Assembly: GCA_001817915.1 (NCBI GenBank)
Contig: MHJJ01000014.1
Location: 3,695 to 67,694, forward strand
Length of the DNA stretch: 64,000 nucleotides
Source of the DNA: Candidatus Harrisonbacteria bacterium RIFCSPLOWO2_01_FULL_44_18
GTDB taxonomy: Bacteria; Patescibacteriota; Minisyncoccia; UBA6257; WO2-44-18
Reading direction: 5' to 3'
Shown: positions 51,729 through 60,319 of the stretch, piece after piece
How the letters are laid out: every line of letters starts with the position of its first letter
Numbering within the stretch: position 1 is the stretch's first letter
The notes under the pieces: generated by a model
The model's database searches: none
Told to the model about the DNA's origin: nothing
Seen by the model: the letters and a program-made list of their open reading frames with translations, nothing else
Translations under genes and position numbers: made by a program

Positions 51729-53078
51729 CTATTTTTTAATTTGTTTTACAATTTTTTTGAATTTTCTTCCGCGATCTTTATAATCTTTGAACATGTCAAA
51801 ACTGGCGGCGCCGGGAGAAAAGACGATAGTAACTGGCAATCGGTAATCGGCAATTAGAGACTTCGCAGTTTTATATGCAATTTTAATAGCAGATTCTAAA
51901 TTGCCGCCTTTTCTAATTACTATTTTCTGGTTACTAATTACTGAGGCTATTTTATTTTTATTTTCGCCAAAAAGCATAACAGCTTTGACATTGCAGGCTT
52001 TTTTAATGGCATCGGCAAGAGGTTTATAATTGAGATTTTTATCTTTTCCGCCGGCAATCAAAATGGTTAATTGGTTTGTTGATTGGCTGGTTATTTGGTT
52101 ATTAGAAAAGGAAAGAACGGCGGCGGCGGAAGTTTGCGGATTGGTGCTCGCGGAATCATTGTAAAAATCTATTCTAGAATTCATTCCAACGTTCTTAAGA
52201 ACGTTGGAATGAATTTTTATACCGCGGACGAATTCCAGCCGATGCTCTATTCCTTTAAATTCCGCGATTGTTTTATCAATGATATGGTCGGGACAGTCCA
52301 GATTTTGGGCGATTGCTTTTGCCATCGCGGCGTTTTTTTGATTATGATCGCCCGGGATTTGCAGACCGGGTAGGCCAATGTTTTCCGGAGAAACGGGGAT
52401 TTTTCGAGCAGGCGATTGATCGGCAATCCATTTTGAAAACTTGTTATCAGAGGAATAAAATATCTTATCTTGTTTTGAATTCTGAAAACGGCCGATGTTA
52501 GCTTTGGCATTAATATATTCTTTGAAATTTTTGTGACTATCTAGGTGATCGGGGAAAATATCTAAAATCGCCGCCAATCGCGGAGATTTCGCGAGGTCTT
52601 GGAGTTGAAAACTAGAGAGTTCCAGAATAACCATTGTTCGAGAATCAATTTTTGGCAATATTTCCAGCGCCGACTTGCCGATATTTCCAGCCAAGGCCGC
52701 CTTAAATCCGGAGTTTTTGAGAATTTGATAAAGCAATGTGGCAGTTGTGCCCTTCCCCTTGGTGCCCGTTATTCCGATGACGATTTGTCCGTGATGTCCG
52801 TGTTCAGTCCGCGTGGTTCCGTGAAGTTGTTCAAAGAACAACTTAGTGGCGCTGGAGAAACGAATCCCTTTTTTGATGGCGCGCTGAATCTGCGGTAAAT
52901 TGTACGGCACTCCCGGCGAGCGAAAAACAACATCAAACTTGTCGAGATTTTTTAAATAATTTTTGTCCCGTTTTTGATCCAGAATTTCAATTTTTGCTCC
53001 GCCATAAATCGGCGAGCGTTTCAAGAATTTGAGCGTTGATTTTCCTTCTATTCCAAAGCCCAGAATCGCGATCTTCAT
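51729..53078 (-). CDS. murD: UDP-N-acetylmuramoylalanine--D-glutamate ligase
   Basis: N-terminal Rossmann MKIAILGFGIEG and Mur-ligase P-loop GITGTKGKGTT. Contains an in-frame 30-bp palindrome at 52183-52213. Confidence 0.85.
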   Translation of the reverse strand: MKIAILGFGIEGKSTLKFLKRSPIYGGAKIEILDQKRDKNYLKNLDKFDVVFRSPGVPYNLPQIQRAIKKGIRFSSATKLFFEQLHGTTRTEHGHHGQIVIGITGTKGKGTTATLLYQILKNSGFKAALAGNIGKSALEILPKIDSRTMVILELSSFQLQDLAKSPRLAAILDIFPDHLDSHKNFKEYINAKANIGRFQNSKQDKIFYSSDNKFSKWIADQSPARKIPVSPENIGLPGLQIPGDHNQKNAAMAKAIAQNLDCPDHIIDKTIAEFKGIEHRLEFVRGIKIHSNVLKNVGMNSRIDFYNDSASTNPQTSAAAVLSFSNNQITSQSTNQLTILIAGGKDKNLNYKPLADAIKKACNVKAVMLFGENKNKIASVISNQKIVIRKGGNLESAIKIAYKTAKSLIADYRLPVTIVFSPGAASFDMFKDYKDRGRKFKKIVKQIKK

Positions 53079-53131
53079 ATTTACACAATATACAAAAAAC
53101 TCGCCCGTGGCGAGTTAGAGATAGCTAGAAT

Positions 53132-53566
53132 CTAGATAATTCTTTTTACTAAAACCACCGGATGTTTTGTTCCGGGAACGGGTTTTATTTCTACGCCTCT
53201 TTTGCTTGAACAATGAGTCATGTGCCTGTTTCCGATATATATTGCCACGTGGCCAATCAGCAATTCCCGATTGTCTAGAATAACTGTCCGAGGTCTGTGT
53301 CCTTTGAAAAACAATAAATCGCCGATTTCCCAAAGTTCGGGATTGCCAACCGCGACTTCTTTTCCGCAAAGTGCCTGAAGATTGGAACTGCGCGCCAGAT
53401 TGATTCCGAATTTTCCAAATATATATTTTACGAACAAGGAGCAATCGAAATAATTTGGCGTATCCTCGTTTTTCGCGCCGTATTTATAAGGCCTACCTAA
53501 CAGCTTAACTGATTCCAGGATTATTTTTTTCTGGATATTTCGTTTCGGCTTTTCGCTGGGCGTCAC
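53132..53566 (-). CDS. NlpC/P60 (C40) family peptidase
   Basis: YFDCSLFVKYIF (catalytic Cys) and HVAIYIGNRHMTHCS (His). 144 aa. Confidence 0.7.
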   Translation of the reverse strand: MTPSEKPKRNIQKKIILESVKLLGRPYKYGAKNEDTPNYFDCSLFVKYIFGKFGINLARSSNLQALCGKEVAVGNPELWEIGDLLFFKGHRPRTVILDNRELLIGHVAIYIGNRHMTHCSSKRGVEIKPVPGTKHPVVLVKRII

Positions 53567-53606
53567 CGGTGCCTCTTTAAAGGGCTAATTATCATTTTAT
53601 CGAGAC

Positions 53607-53636
53607 CCCATAAGGCTTGTCAATCGCAAGGATAGT
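53607..53636 (+). promoter_or_regulatory. sigma70 promoter (TTGTCA-17-TATAAT) driving tRNA-fMet
   Basis: TTGTCAatcgcaaggatagtttgaTATAAT, ending 4 nt before the tRNA 5' end. Confidence 0.55.
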
Positions 53637-53639
53637 TTG

Positions 53640-53711
53640 ATATAATATTCTCGCGGGGTAGAGAAGTAGTATCTCGCAAGGCCCATAACCTTGAGATCGT
53701 TGGTGCAATTC
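53640..53711 (+). tRNA. initiator tRNA-fMet (anticodon CAU) with non-canonical D and T loops
   Basis: CGCGGGG TA GAGA AGTAGTA TCTC G CAAGG CCCATAA CCTTG AGATC GTTGG TGCAATT CCAAC CCCCGCA A. The acceptor stem is identical to E. coli tRNA-fMet, including the C1:A72 mismatch. The D-loop lacks GG and the T-loop is TGCAATT rather than TTCRAAT. Confidence 0.65.
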
Positions 53712-53742
53712 CAACCCCCGCAACAAAATTTTTACTTTAATT

Positions 53743-53805
53743 GCCGGCGTAGCTCAGCGGCACCCCGCACTAAAACAAGTTTAGTACGGGGCAAGGAGCG
53801 AGCCA
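53743..53805 (+). pseudogene. tRNA 5' fragment (acceptor + D arm) with hairpin insertion
   Basis: GCCGGCG TA GCTC AGCGGCA, then the hairpin CCCCGCACTAAAACAAGTTTAGTACGGGG, then GAGC. No anticodon arm, T arm or acceptor 3' strand follows. Confidence 0.4.
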
Positions 53806-53809
53806 AGAT

Positions 53810-53884
53810 GGCTGGGTAGCTCAGTGGTAGAGCAGGCGTTTCATAAGCGCCAGGTCGCGAGTTCGATCCTCGCCCCAGCCACCA
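53810..53884 (+). tRNA. tRNA with CAU anticodon, elongator Met or lysidine-type Ile2, CCA encoded
   Basis: GGCTGGG TA GCTC AGTGGTA GAGC A GGCGT TTCATAA GCGCC AGGTC GCGAG TTCGATC CTCGC CCCAGCC A CCA. G1:C72 is paired, so it is not an initiator. The AGAGCAGGCG...GGTCGC blocks resemble E. coli tRNA-Ile2. Confidence 0.75.
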
Positions 53885-53966
53885 AAATTTGTGATGCCCC
53901 CTTGTTTTATTGCTGTCAGTCTACTAATCTAAGTCCGTACTTTGAAAAGTCATTTTTGGAGGGAAC

Positions 53967-54317
53967 GTGGCGGAGCAATTGGTGTGGGTAGGATTTACGG
54001 CCATCCTTTTTCTTGTCGGACTTTGTGTATTGGGCGCCATTTTGTCAATTGAGAAAAAGTCAAAGCGATACGCATCTTTGGCCGCCCTTTATTTTTTTGT
54101 TTGCGGTATGGTATGCGTTTTCGCGGGATTAGTAACTGCGATGCCCTGGTTTAAATTTTTTATGATGTTGGCGGCCGGGTGTAATCTTATTTGGGGGATA
54201 GAATATGTGCGGCAATATCATAAGGAAAGTAAAAAGGCTTCGCTACCATGTCCCGAGGAAAACCGCGAAAAGCAAAAGACGAATCAGGGCGCGGAGCATT
54301 TTGATAGATACGCGTAA
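53967..54317 (+). CDS. hypothetical membrane protein
   Basis: 116 aa, 3 TM; GTG start 3 nt after GGAGGGAAC. Confidence 0.45.
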   Translation: MAEQLVWVGFTAILFLVGLCVLGAILSIEKKSKRYASLAALYFFVCGMVCVFAGLVTAMPWFKFFMMLAAGCNLIWGIEYVRQYHKESKKASLPCPEENREKQKTNQGAEHFDRYA

Positions 54318-54626
54318 GCTTGGAAAGGAGGTGGGATCATAACAGCCACGACTGCTATGGCCGTTTCAGTTGCAGTGATTCTCGTTATATCTATCGCGGC
54401 AACCTTACTTTTCAGACATAGTCGCAGATTACACCTTTTTTGCGGTGTTCGGGATTTGATGTTTGCCGGTTTGTCTTTTCTGTCATTCGCGATTCATAAT
54501 TTTCACTGGCTTTGGTCTTGGGTCCCTTTATATTTTTTTTGATATCAGGCTTACTGCAGTTGCGTAAAGGAATGGAATCTCCACCAGTATGCGCAGTATG
54601 CAAAGAGTGCACCGACGGTAAAATTA

Positions 54627-54652
54627 ATCCCCCTAATTAGGGGGATTTTATA
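54627..54652 (+). terminator. rho-independent terminator
   Basis: aatccccctaattagggggatt hairpin followed by TTAT. Confidence 0.5.
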
Positions 54653-54722
54653 ATTTTGGAAAATGACTTCGGTGTTTATTCCAATGTTCTTAAGAACTTG
54701 AGAATAACCTTTAATTTCTATA

Positions 54723-54754
54723 TACTTCTATTTCACAATCGAGACATAGAAGTA
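54723..54754. promoter_or_regulatory. TACTTCTAT-N-ATAGAAGTA palindrome upstream of pheS (second copy)
   Basis: tacttctatttcacaatcgagacatagaagta; compare 2292-2323. Confidence 0.5.
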
Positions 54755-54831
54755 CAGCTTATAATATAAAGAAAAATAATTTATCATCAGAAGAATTCGT
54801 ATTTTCCTCCAAAAATGTTAAAATAATAAGC

Positions 54832-55977
54832 ATGGATATTCAAGATTTACGACATTCTTTTCATCACGAGATCAAAGGCGTTAAAGACGCAAAAACCCTT
54901 GAGGGGTTTAGAATAAAGTATTTAGGGCGCAAAGACGGCGAGCTTACTAAAATTTTGCGTTCACTGAAAGATTTGCCGTTGGCAAAAAAGAGAAAAATTG
55001 GTCCTGCCGCCAATAATTTGCGAAAGGAAATCGAAGTCGCTTTAGAAGCAAAACTTAAGGAGCTACAAACTACAAACTACAAACTACAAACTAGAATTGA
55101 TGTTACTATGCCCGGCAAAAAGATTCCGGTCGGGCATCTTCACCCGCTGACTTTGATGGAAAATAGAATTCGGGAAATTTTCCGCGGTTTGAATTTTTCC
55201 GTTGTTGAAGGCCCGGAGATAGAAACCGAACATTATAATTTTGACGCTTTAAATATTCCGGCTAATCATCCAGCTAGGGATATGTGGGACACCTTTTGGT
55301 TAAAACTTTCTGCCAACGGCGGAAAGTTCGCCCAACCAGATTTGCGAAGCAAATCTGGTTTAGGGCTAAAAACGCAGACTAACGCAGAAAAAATTCCGCG
55401 TGAGTCCGCGTCAAGTCCGCGTGTGTCTGCGCTGTTAAGAACTCACACCAGTCCGATGCAGATTCGTTATATGGAAACGCATCGGCCGCCGTTTCAGATA
55501 ATTGTGCCCGGACGAGTATTTCGTTATGAGGCTACTGACGCTTCCCACGAAATCAATTTTCATCAAGTTGAGGGTTTGATGGTCGGAGAAAATATCAATC
55601 TGGCTAATTTTAAATATATTATTGAGGAATTTTTCCGCCAGCTTTTCGGCGCCGGCACGCATATCCGTTTTCGCCCAAGTTATTTTCCGTTTGTCGAACC
55701 CGGTTTGGAAATAGACATTCTCCTTGACAGGAGCGCAGAAGAACGCGGACTATACGCAGACCAACGTGGAAAAAGTCTGCGTGAATCCGCGTGGTTGGAG
55801 GTGATGGGCGCGGGAATGGTGCATCCCAATGTTTTTCGAGCCGTTGGTTATGATTCCAGAAAGGTCCAGGGTTTTGCTTTCGGTTTGGGCATAGAAAGGC
55901 TGGCGATGATTAAATATAAGATCCCCGATATACGATTGTTCTACTCGGGAGACCTGCGTTTCATTAACCAGTTTTGA
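54832..55977 (+). CDS. pheS: phenylalanine--tRNA ligase alpha subunit
   Basis: Class II motifs RPSYFPFVEPG and GAGMVHPNV. Contains in-frame repeats at 55063-55094, 55394-55434 and 55743-55794. Confidence 0.9.
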   Translation: MDIQDLRHSFHHEIKGVKDAKTLEGFRIKYLGRKDGELTKILRSLKDLPLAKKRKIGPAANNLRKEIEVALEAKLKELQTTNYKLQTRIDVTMPGKKIPVGHLHPLTLMENRIREIFRGLNFSVVEGPEIETEHYNFDALNIPANHPARDMWDTFWLKLSANGGKFAQPDLRSKSGLGLKTQTNAEKIPRESASSPRVSALLRTHTSPMQIRYMETHRPPFQIIVPGRVFRYEATDASHEINFHQVEGLMVGENINLANFKYIIEEFFRQLFGAGTHIRFRPSYFPFVEPGLEIDILLDRSAEERGLYADQRGKSLRESAWLEVMGAGMVHPNVFRAVGYDSRKVQGFAFGLGIERLAMIKYKIPDIRLFYSGDLRFINQF

Positions 55978-56084
55978 TGAATGCCACGATGAATTATGAG
56001 GCACGAATTATGAATTATGCAGCATGAATTTTAGCCGAAGGCCATCCTTGATTCATAATTCCTAATTCATAATTCAACAAAACA

Positions 56085-58055
56085 ATGAAATTTTCCTACA
56101 CATTATTAAAAAAACTGGCGCCCGTTATAAAAAGCTCCGAGCAACTGATGGAAGCCTTAGCTTTTCATGCTTTTGAAGTTGAAAAAGTTGATGGCGATGT
56201 TATAGACATCGTCATTCCTGCTAATCGTTATTCTGATGCCGCCTCGCATTATGGGATGGCCGTGGTAGTGTCGGCAATTTTAGGCAAAAAAACGCCAGAA
56301 TTAAAACTGCCGGCGCTAAAGTCTAAAGCGCAAAGTTTAAACTTCAAAGTTGGCATTGATTCCAAAAAGCTTTGTCCGCGTTACAGCGGACTTTATGCCG
56401 AGATTAACAAGATTGGTAAATCTCCCGAGTGGATGCAAAAAATTTTAATTTCCTGCGGTTTGCGTCCAATTAACAACATCGTTGACGTGATGAATTATGT
56501 GATGCTGGAAATAGGACAACCATTACACGCTTTCGATTTTGACGAAATAGAAAGCGTGAAATCCAAAATCCAAAATCCAAAATCCAAAAATATTGTCGTT
56601 AGATTAGCAAAAGAAGGCGAAAAAATTGAAACAATTGATGGTGGCAAATATGACCTCGATGTAAATGATTTAGTAATAGCGGATGAAAAAGGGGCATTAG
56701 CGATTGCCGGGGTAAAAGGCGGAAAGCGCGCCGAGGTTTCTTTAAAAACTAAACGTATTATTGTTGAGGCGGCGAATTTCGATTCGGTTAGCGTTTACAA
56801 AACTTCTCGGCGGCTCAATTTATTCACTGATGCTTCGGCGCGCTTTTCTCATGGACTAGCACCCGTGTTAGTTGAAAAGGGGATTAAGAGAGCGGCTCAG
56901 CTTTTGAAAGAAGTTTGCGGCGCCAGATTGGGCGATTGGCTCGATGTGAACTATGTGAAGCCGAGTAAAACGATTATCAAGTTTGACGTGGAAAGATTTA
57001 ATAAGTTGACCGGACTTAGTTTAAGCGAAAAAGCGTGTTTGGAATATCTTAAAAAATTAGGATTTCAAGCAAGGGGCAAATTTATTGAGCCGCCGGCTGA
57101 ACGGACCGACATTTTGATTTTCGAGGATTTAGCCGAGGAAATTGTTAATCTTTATGGGTATGACCGGTTGCTTTCGGTTGTCCCGCGCGCGCTCTTGAGC
57201 CCTTCTGGAGCGGAAGATCAAATAGTTCTTAAAGATAAAATCAGAAGCATTCTAACCGGCTTTGGCTTGAGTGAAGTTTATAATTATTCTTTCATCGGAG
57301 AGCCTGATCCGAATCTACAAAATAAATTTTCATTGGTGGAGCTGGTAAATCCAATTGCCGATGATAAGAAATACCTGCGGCCCAGTTTATTTCCTCACTT
57401 GACTAGAAATATCGAAGAGAATTTTCGGTTTTACGATGAAGTAAGGATTTTTGAAATCGGTCGCGTTTTTGCGAAGGCAAGCGGCAAGAACGGTATAGCA
57501 AGCGGCATTAATGAGCAATTGAGTTTGGGGATCGCATTGGGGCTTAAAAAAGGCGCGCCATTTTTGGAGTTGAAAGGAATTGTTGAACAAATGCTCGGAC
57601 AAGCGGGCTTAGTTGATTATTTTACAAAAGAAGACGGCGAAGGTCGTTTACGGCTTGAATCCGATCATCGCACGCTCGGGTATTTAATTGCCAAAGACAA
57701 TAAAGCCCTTGCGGAAATTAATCTTGATGAATTGCTTCAATTGGTGGTCGGCGAAAAAGAATATAGGCCATTGCCGAAATATCCATCGGCGACGCGCGAT
57801 CTTTCATTTATGGTTGACGCTGAAGCGAGAGTAGCCGCGATTCAAAATATTATTGAAAATACCAGCCATTTACTCGATGACGCCGACTTATTGGATTGGT
57901 ACGAAGACCCGAAACTTGGCCCGAATAGAAAAAGTCTTACTTTTCGATTAGTTTTCCAAGCCGAAGATCGAACTTTAACCGATGAGGAAGTCGATCAAGA
58001 GTTAGGCAAAATTGTAGCCAGTTTGAAGGAGAAGTTTGATGTAGAATTAAGATAA
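56085..58055 (+). CDS. pheT: phenylalanine--tRNA ligase beta subunit (short form)
   Basis: B3/4 and B5 domain blocks and a C-terminal FDSA-like domain. Follows pheS. In-frame AAATCCA repeat at 56559-56590. Confidence 0.85.
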   Translation: MKFSYTLLKKLAPVIKSSEQLMEALAFHAFEVEKVDGDVIDIVIPANRYSDAASHYGMAVVVSAILGKKTPELKLPALKSKAQSLNFKVGIDSKKLCPRYSGLYAEINKIGKSPEWMQKILISCGLRPINNIVDVMNYVMLEIGQPLHAFDFDEIESVKSKIQNPKSKNIVVRLAKEGEKIETIDGGKYDLDVNDLVIADEKGALAIAGVKGGKRAEVSLKTKRIIVEAANFDSVSVYKTSRRLNLFTDASARFSHGLAPVLVEKGIKRAAQLLKEVCGARLGDWLDVNYVKPSKTIIKFDVERFNKLTGLSLSEKACLEYLKKLGFQARGKFIEPPAERTDILIFEDLAEEIVNLYGYDRLLSVVPRALLSPSGAEDQIVLKDKIRSILTGFGLSEVYNYSFIGEPDPNLQNKFSLVELVNPIADDKKYLRPSLFPHLTRNIEENFRFYDEVRIFEIGRVFAKASGKNGIASGINEQLSLGIALGLKKGAPFLELKGIVEQMLGQAGLVDYFTKEDGEGRLRLESDHRTLGYLIAKDNKALAEINLDELLQLVVGEKEYRPLPKYPSATRDLSFMVDAEARVAAIQNIIENTSHLLDDADLLDWYEDPKLGPNRKSLTFRLVFQAEDRTLTDEEVDQELGKIVASLKEKFDVELR

Positions 58056-59104
58056 TGAAAACATTACGACTAGTTTTACTTCTGGTGTCAGTTGGCATAC
58101 TGGCTTTGGCTGGGGGAGTGTTCGCGCGGTATGGCTATGAAAAGGTTTCGGTGGCGCGCGCGCAAAAGATAGTTCAAAAATCAACCGAGCGTTTGTCGGA
58201 AATTAAGTCTTTTGAATACTCGGCTAAAGCAAAAATTGAGCAAGCTGGGCCCCCGCTTCCTGGGACTTCGGCAGTAATCGCGATAGACGGCGTTTCGGAT
58301 TTTAGTAGCGCGCAGAATCCAAAAAGCCGTTCTCTCTTGACTGTAATGCCCGAAAGTTTTCAGACGACCCTTTTGCCAAAAGACGCAGTTATAAGTTTAG
58401 AAACTAGACATTTGGGGAAAATTTATTATTTGAGACTAGCAATATCACCAGAGCTACTTCCCTTCTTACCACTCCAACTTCCCAAAGATTGGATTAAAAT
58501 TGATTTCGAAGAAGCGCGAAAATCACTTTTACCAAGTTTACCGGGCGTCCCGAAGGGCGCGGAGCAGGTGCGATTGTCCGAAGAGCAAAAAGCTAAACTT
58601 AAAGAGATTATTATCAAAGCCAAGCTTTTAAAGATAACGGCGGTTTTGCCCGGCGAAAAATTGGACGACATAGACACCTACCGCTATGGATTTGTAATAG
58701 ACAAAAACGCCCTTATAGATTTTGCCTGGCAGTTAATAGCATTACAGTTAGAGCTTATGCAGCAAATACAACCAGATCAGCCGGTTGATAAAGAAGCCCT
58801 GGGAAAAGCCAATGCCGATTTTAGAAAAAAGCTGGAAGAGCAGTTAGCGCTAATTGTAATGCCTAAAGGTGAAATATGGATAAGCAAAGCTGATCTTTTG
58901 CCCCGCAAAATATCTTTAGTTTGGGAGCCGACATTTCTTGGACAGACTACACCGACCGGTAAACTGGGCATAGAATTTATCTTTAAAAGTTTTAACCAAC
59001 CCGTAGAAGTACAAATTCCTTTTCCGACGAAATCACTTGAAGAAGTTATGGGGGCGCTTTTTGGCGATTTCTTTGGAGGTATTCCAGCCCCATTAGTAAA
59101 ATAG
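58055..59104 (+). CDS. hypothetical secreted/anchored protein
   Basis: 349 aa with an N-terminal signal anchor. Start overlaps the pheT stop. Confidence 0.5.
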   Translation: MKTLRLVLLLVSVGILALAGGVFARYGYEKVSVARAQKIVQKSTERLSEIKSFEYSAKAKIEQAGPPLPGTSAVIAIDGVSDFSSAQNPKSRSLLTVMPESFQTTLLPKDAVISLETRHLGKIYYLRLAISPELLPFLPLQLPKDWIKIDFEEARKSLLPSLPGVPKGAEQVRLSEEQKAKLKEIIIKAKLLKITAVLPGEKLDDIDTYRYGFVIDKNALIDFAWQLIALQLELMQQIQPDQPVDKEALGKANADFRKKLEEQLALIVMPKGEIWISKADLLPRKISLVWEPTFLGQTTPTGKLGIEFIFKSFNQPVEVQIPFPTKSLEEVMGALFGDFFGGIPAPLVK

Positions 59105-59215
59105 TCCATAGTTTGTAAACTAATTTTGACATAGAATTGCGACAGAGAGTTGTCGTTTCCCAATATCCTTGAGTTGTCATCGAGTTGCCATCTCCCAATA
59201 TCCTTGAGTTGTCAT

Positions 59216-59293
59216 CTCCCGTTATGCGCGCTATAGCGCGCATAACGGGAGATTTTAAGTAAATTAATTTAGCCGCCAATTCTGGCGGCTTTT
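59216..59293. terminator. two tandem hairpin terminators between convergent genes
   Basis: cccgttatgcgcgctatagcgcgcataacggg followed by ATTTT, and gccgccaattctggcggc followed by TTTT. Confidence 0.55.
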
Positions 59294-59303
59294 GCGTTAA
59301 TCA

Positions 59304-59549
59304 TCATTCGCGTTCATCATCGGATTTTTCTTGTTCTTCGGGATCAATTCCAATTAGTTCAAACTTCCTTTTTTCAAGCTTTTCCAGCGCCTCAATCAAC
59401 GGCATATCCATTTGTAAAAATCCTTTTTCAATGTGCCCTGCGCAGATTTTAAGAAATCTATCAATCCATAAGGCTTCATGGAGGGCGTCTACCGCTTTTT
59501 CTTCTTCTTGCTTAAAAAATTCATCCGCTTCGCGATCTATGTTGCCCAT
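59304..59549 (-). CDS. hypothetical acidic small protein
   Basis: 81 aa; strong SD (AGGAGGTGGCAG) 1 nt from the ATG. Confidence 0.55.
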   Translation of the reverse strand: MGNIDREADEFFKQEEEKAVDALHEALWIDRFLKICAGHIEKGFLQMDMPLIEALEKLEKRKFELIGIDPEEQEKSDDERE

Positions 59550-59688
59550 CTGCCACCTCCTTTCTATACCTATAGTCTAGTTTAATCCATTATAACTCAT
59601 AAAATCAAACGGAATTAAAATCTTGCATTATTGCGTTAATTATGTAAAATTATCACAGTTCTTTACAACCACAATTTAGAGGTCAACG

Positions 59689-59949
59689 ATGCATTTCAAA
59701 ACCGCGTGTCTGCTGGCAGTCGGCCTTATGGACGTTGTTACTTTTAGCTGGGCGATACATATTCATAGAACCGAACTCCATTCTTTCAAAGAAGATTTGT
59801 TATTCGGCGCCGCCGCGTTTTTTGCCCTGTTATTTTTCGCGATTATGTCCAGCCATAGATGTTGTAGGTCAAGGTGGAGGTCAAGCAAGAATACAGAGAA
59901 TACAATCGGCCGCGACGAGTTTTGCCGCGTGGAGAGTAAATATGGCTAA
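59689..59949 (+). CDS. hypothetical small membrane protein
   Basis: 86 aa, 2 TM, SD AGAGG. Its stop overlaps the next start (ATGGCTAA). Confidence 0.4.
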   Translation: MHFKTACLLAVGLMDVVTFSWAIHIHRTELHSFKEDLLFGAAAFFALLFFAIMSSHRCCRSRWRSSKNTENTIGRDEFCRVESKYG

Positions 59950-60232
59950 GAGATCAGGTGGTCAAAGGCTTTGTTTGCGTTGCGGCAAAGCAAAAGTCGC
60001 TTCTTGCAGAATTACTCGTGACCTCTGTTTGGAAATTGAATTGATTTTAAGGCGAGATCCTCAGTTGCCGCAGAGAGTCAAGAGATCATTGAACGAGATA
60101 GATAAAAGATTTTATTGGACTCTTAAAAATGGTGTTTTATACCCCTCCGAGAAGCTGGCAAAAAGAGGCGAAAAACCTCACAAATTGCTTAGCGGCGGCC
60201 GCGCTTCCAAGAAAAGATCGCCAAAACACTAG
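59943..60232 (+). CDS. hypothetical basic small protein with CxxC...C motif
   Basis: 96 aa (MAKRSGGQRLCLRCGKAKVASC...), SD GGAGAG. Translationally coupled to the upstream ORF. Confidence 0.45.
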
Positions 60233-60319
60233 CCAGCCAAATCAGGTTGGTTTTTTATTTGTTTTTGACGATGAAATTTGCTATAATTAAATAGTCTTAA
60301 AAGAGGTCTATTTATTAAA

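Noticed and set aside
53743-53809. Attempt to read 53743-53809 as a complete tRNA with an intron
   Set aside because: After the D stem, the sequence AGCCA AGA TGGCT forms a 3-nt-loop hairpin, not an anticodon arm, and the next tRNA starts immediately. There is no T arm or acceptor 3' strand.
54357-54542. 61-aa hydrophobic ORF
   Set aside because: The nearest SD (AGGAGGTG) is 27 nt from the ATG and an in-frame stop intervenes. It is possibly a real small membrane peptide but is unsupported.
59150-59215. Direct repeats TCCCAATATCCTTGAGTTGTCATC x2 downstream of the 58055 gene
   Set aside because: The array is short and intergenic with no further structure; noted only.
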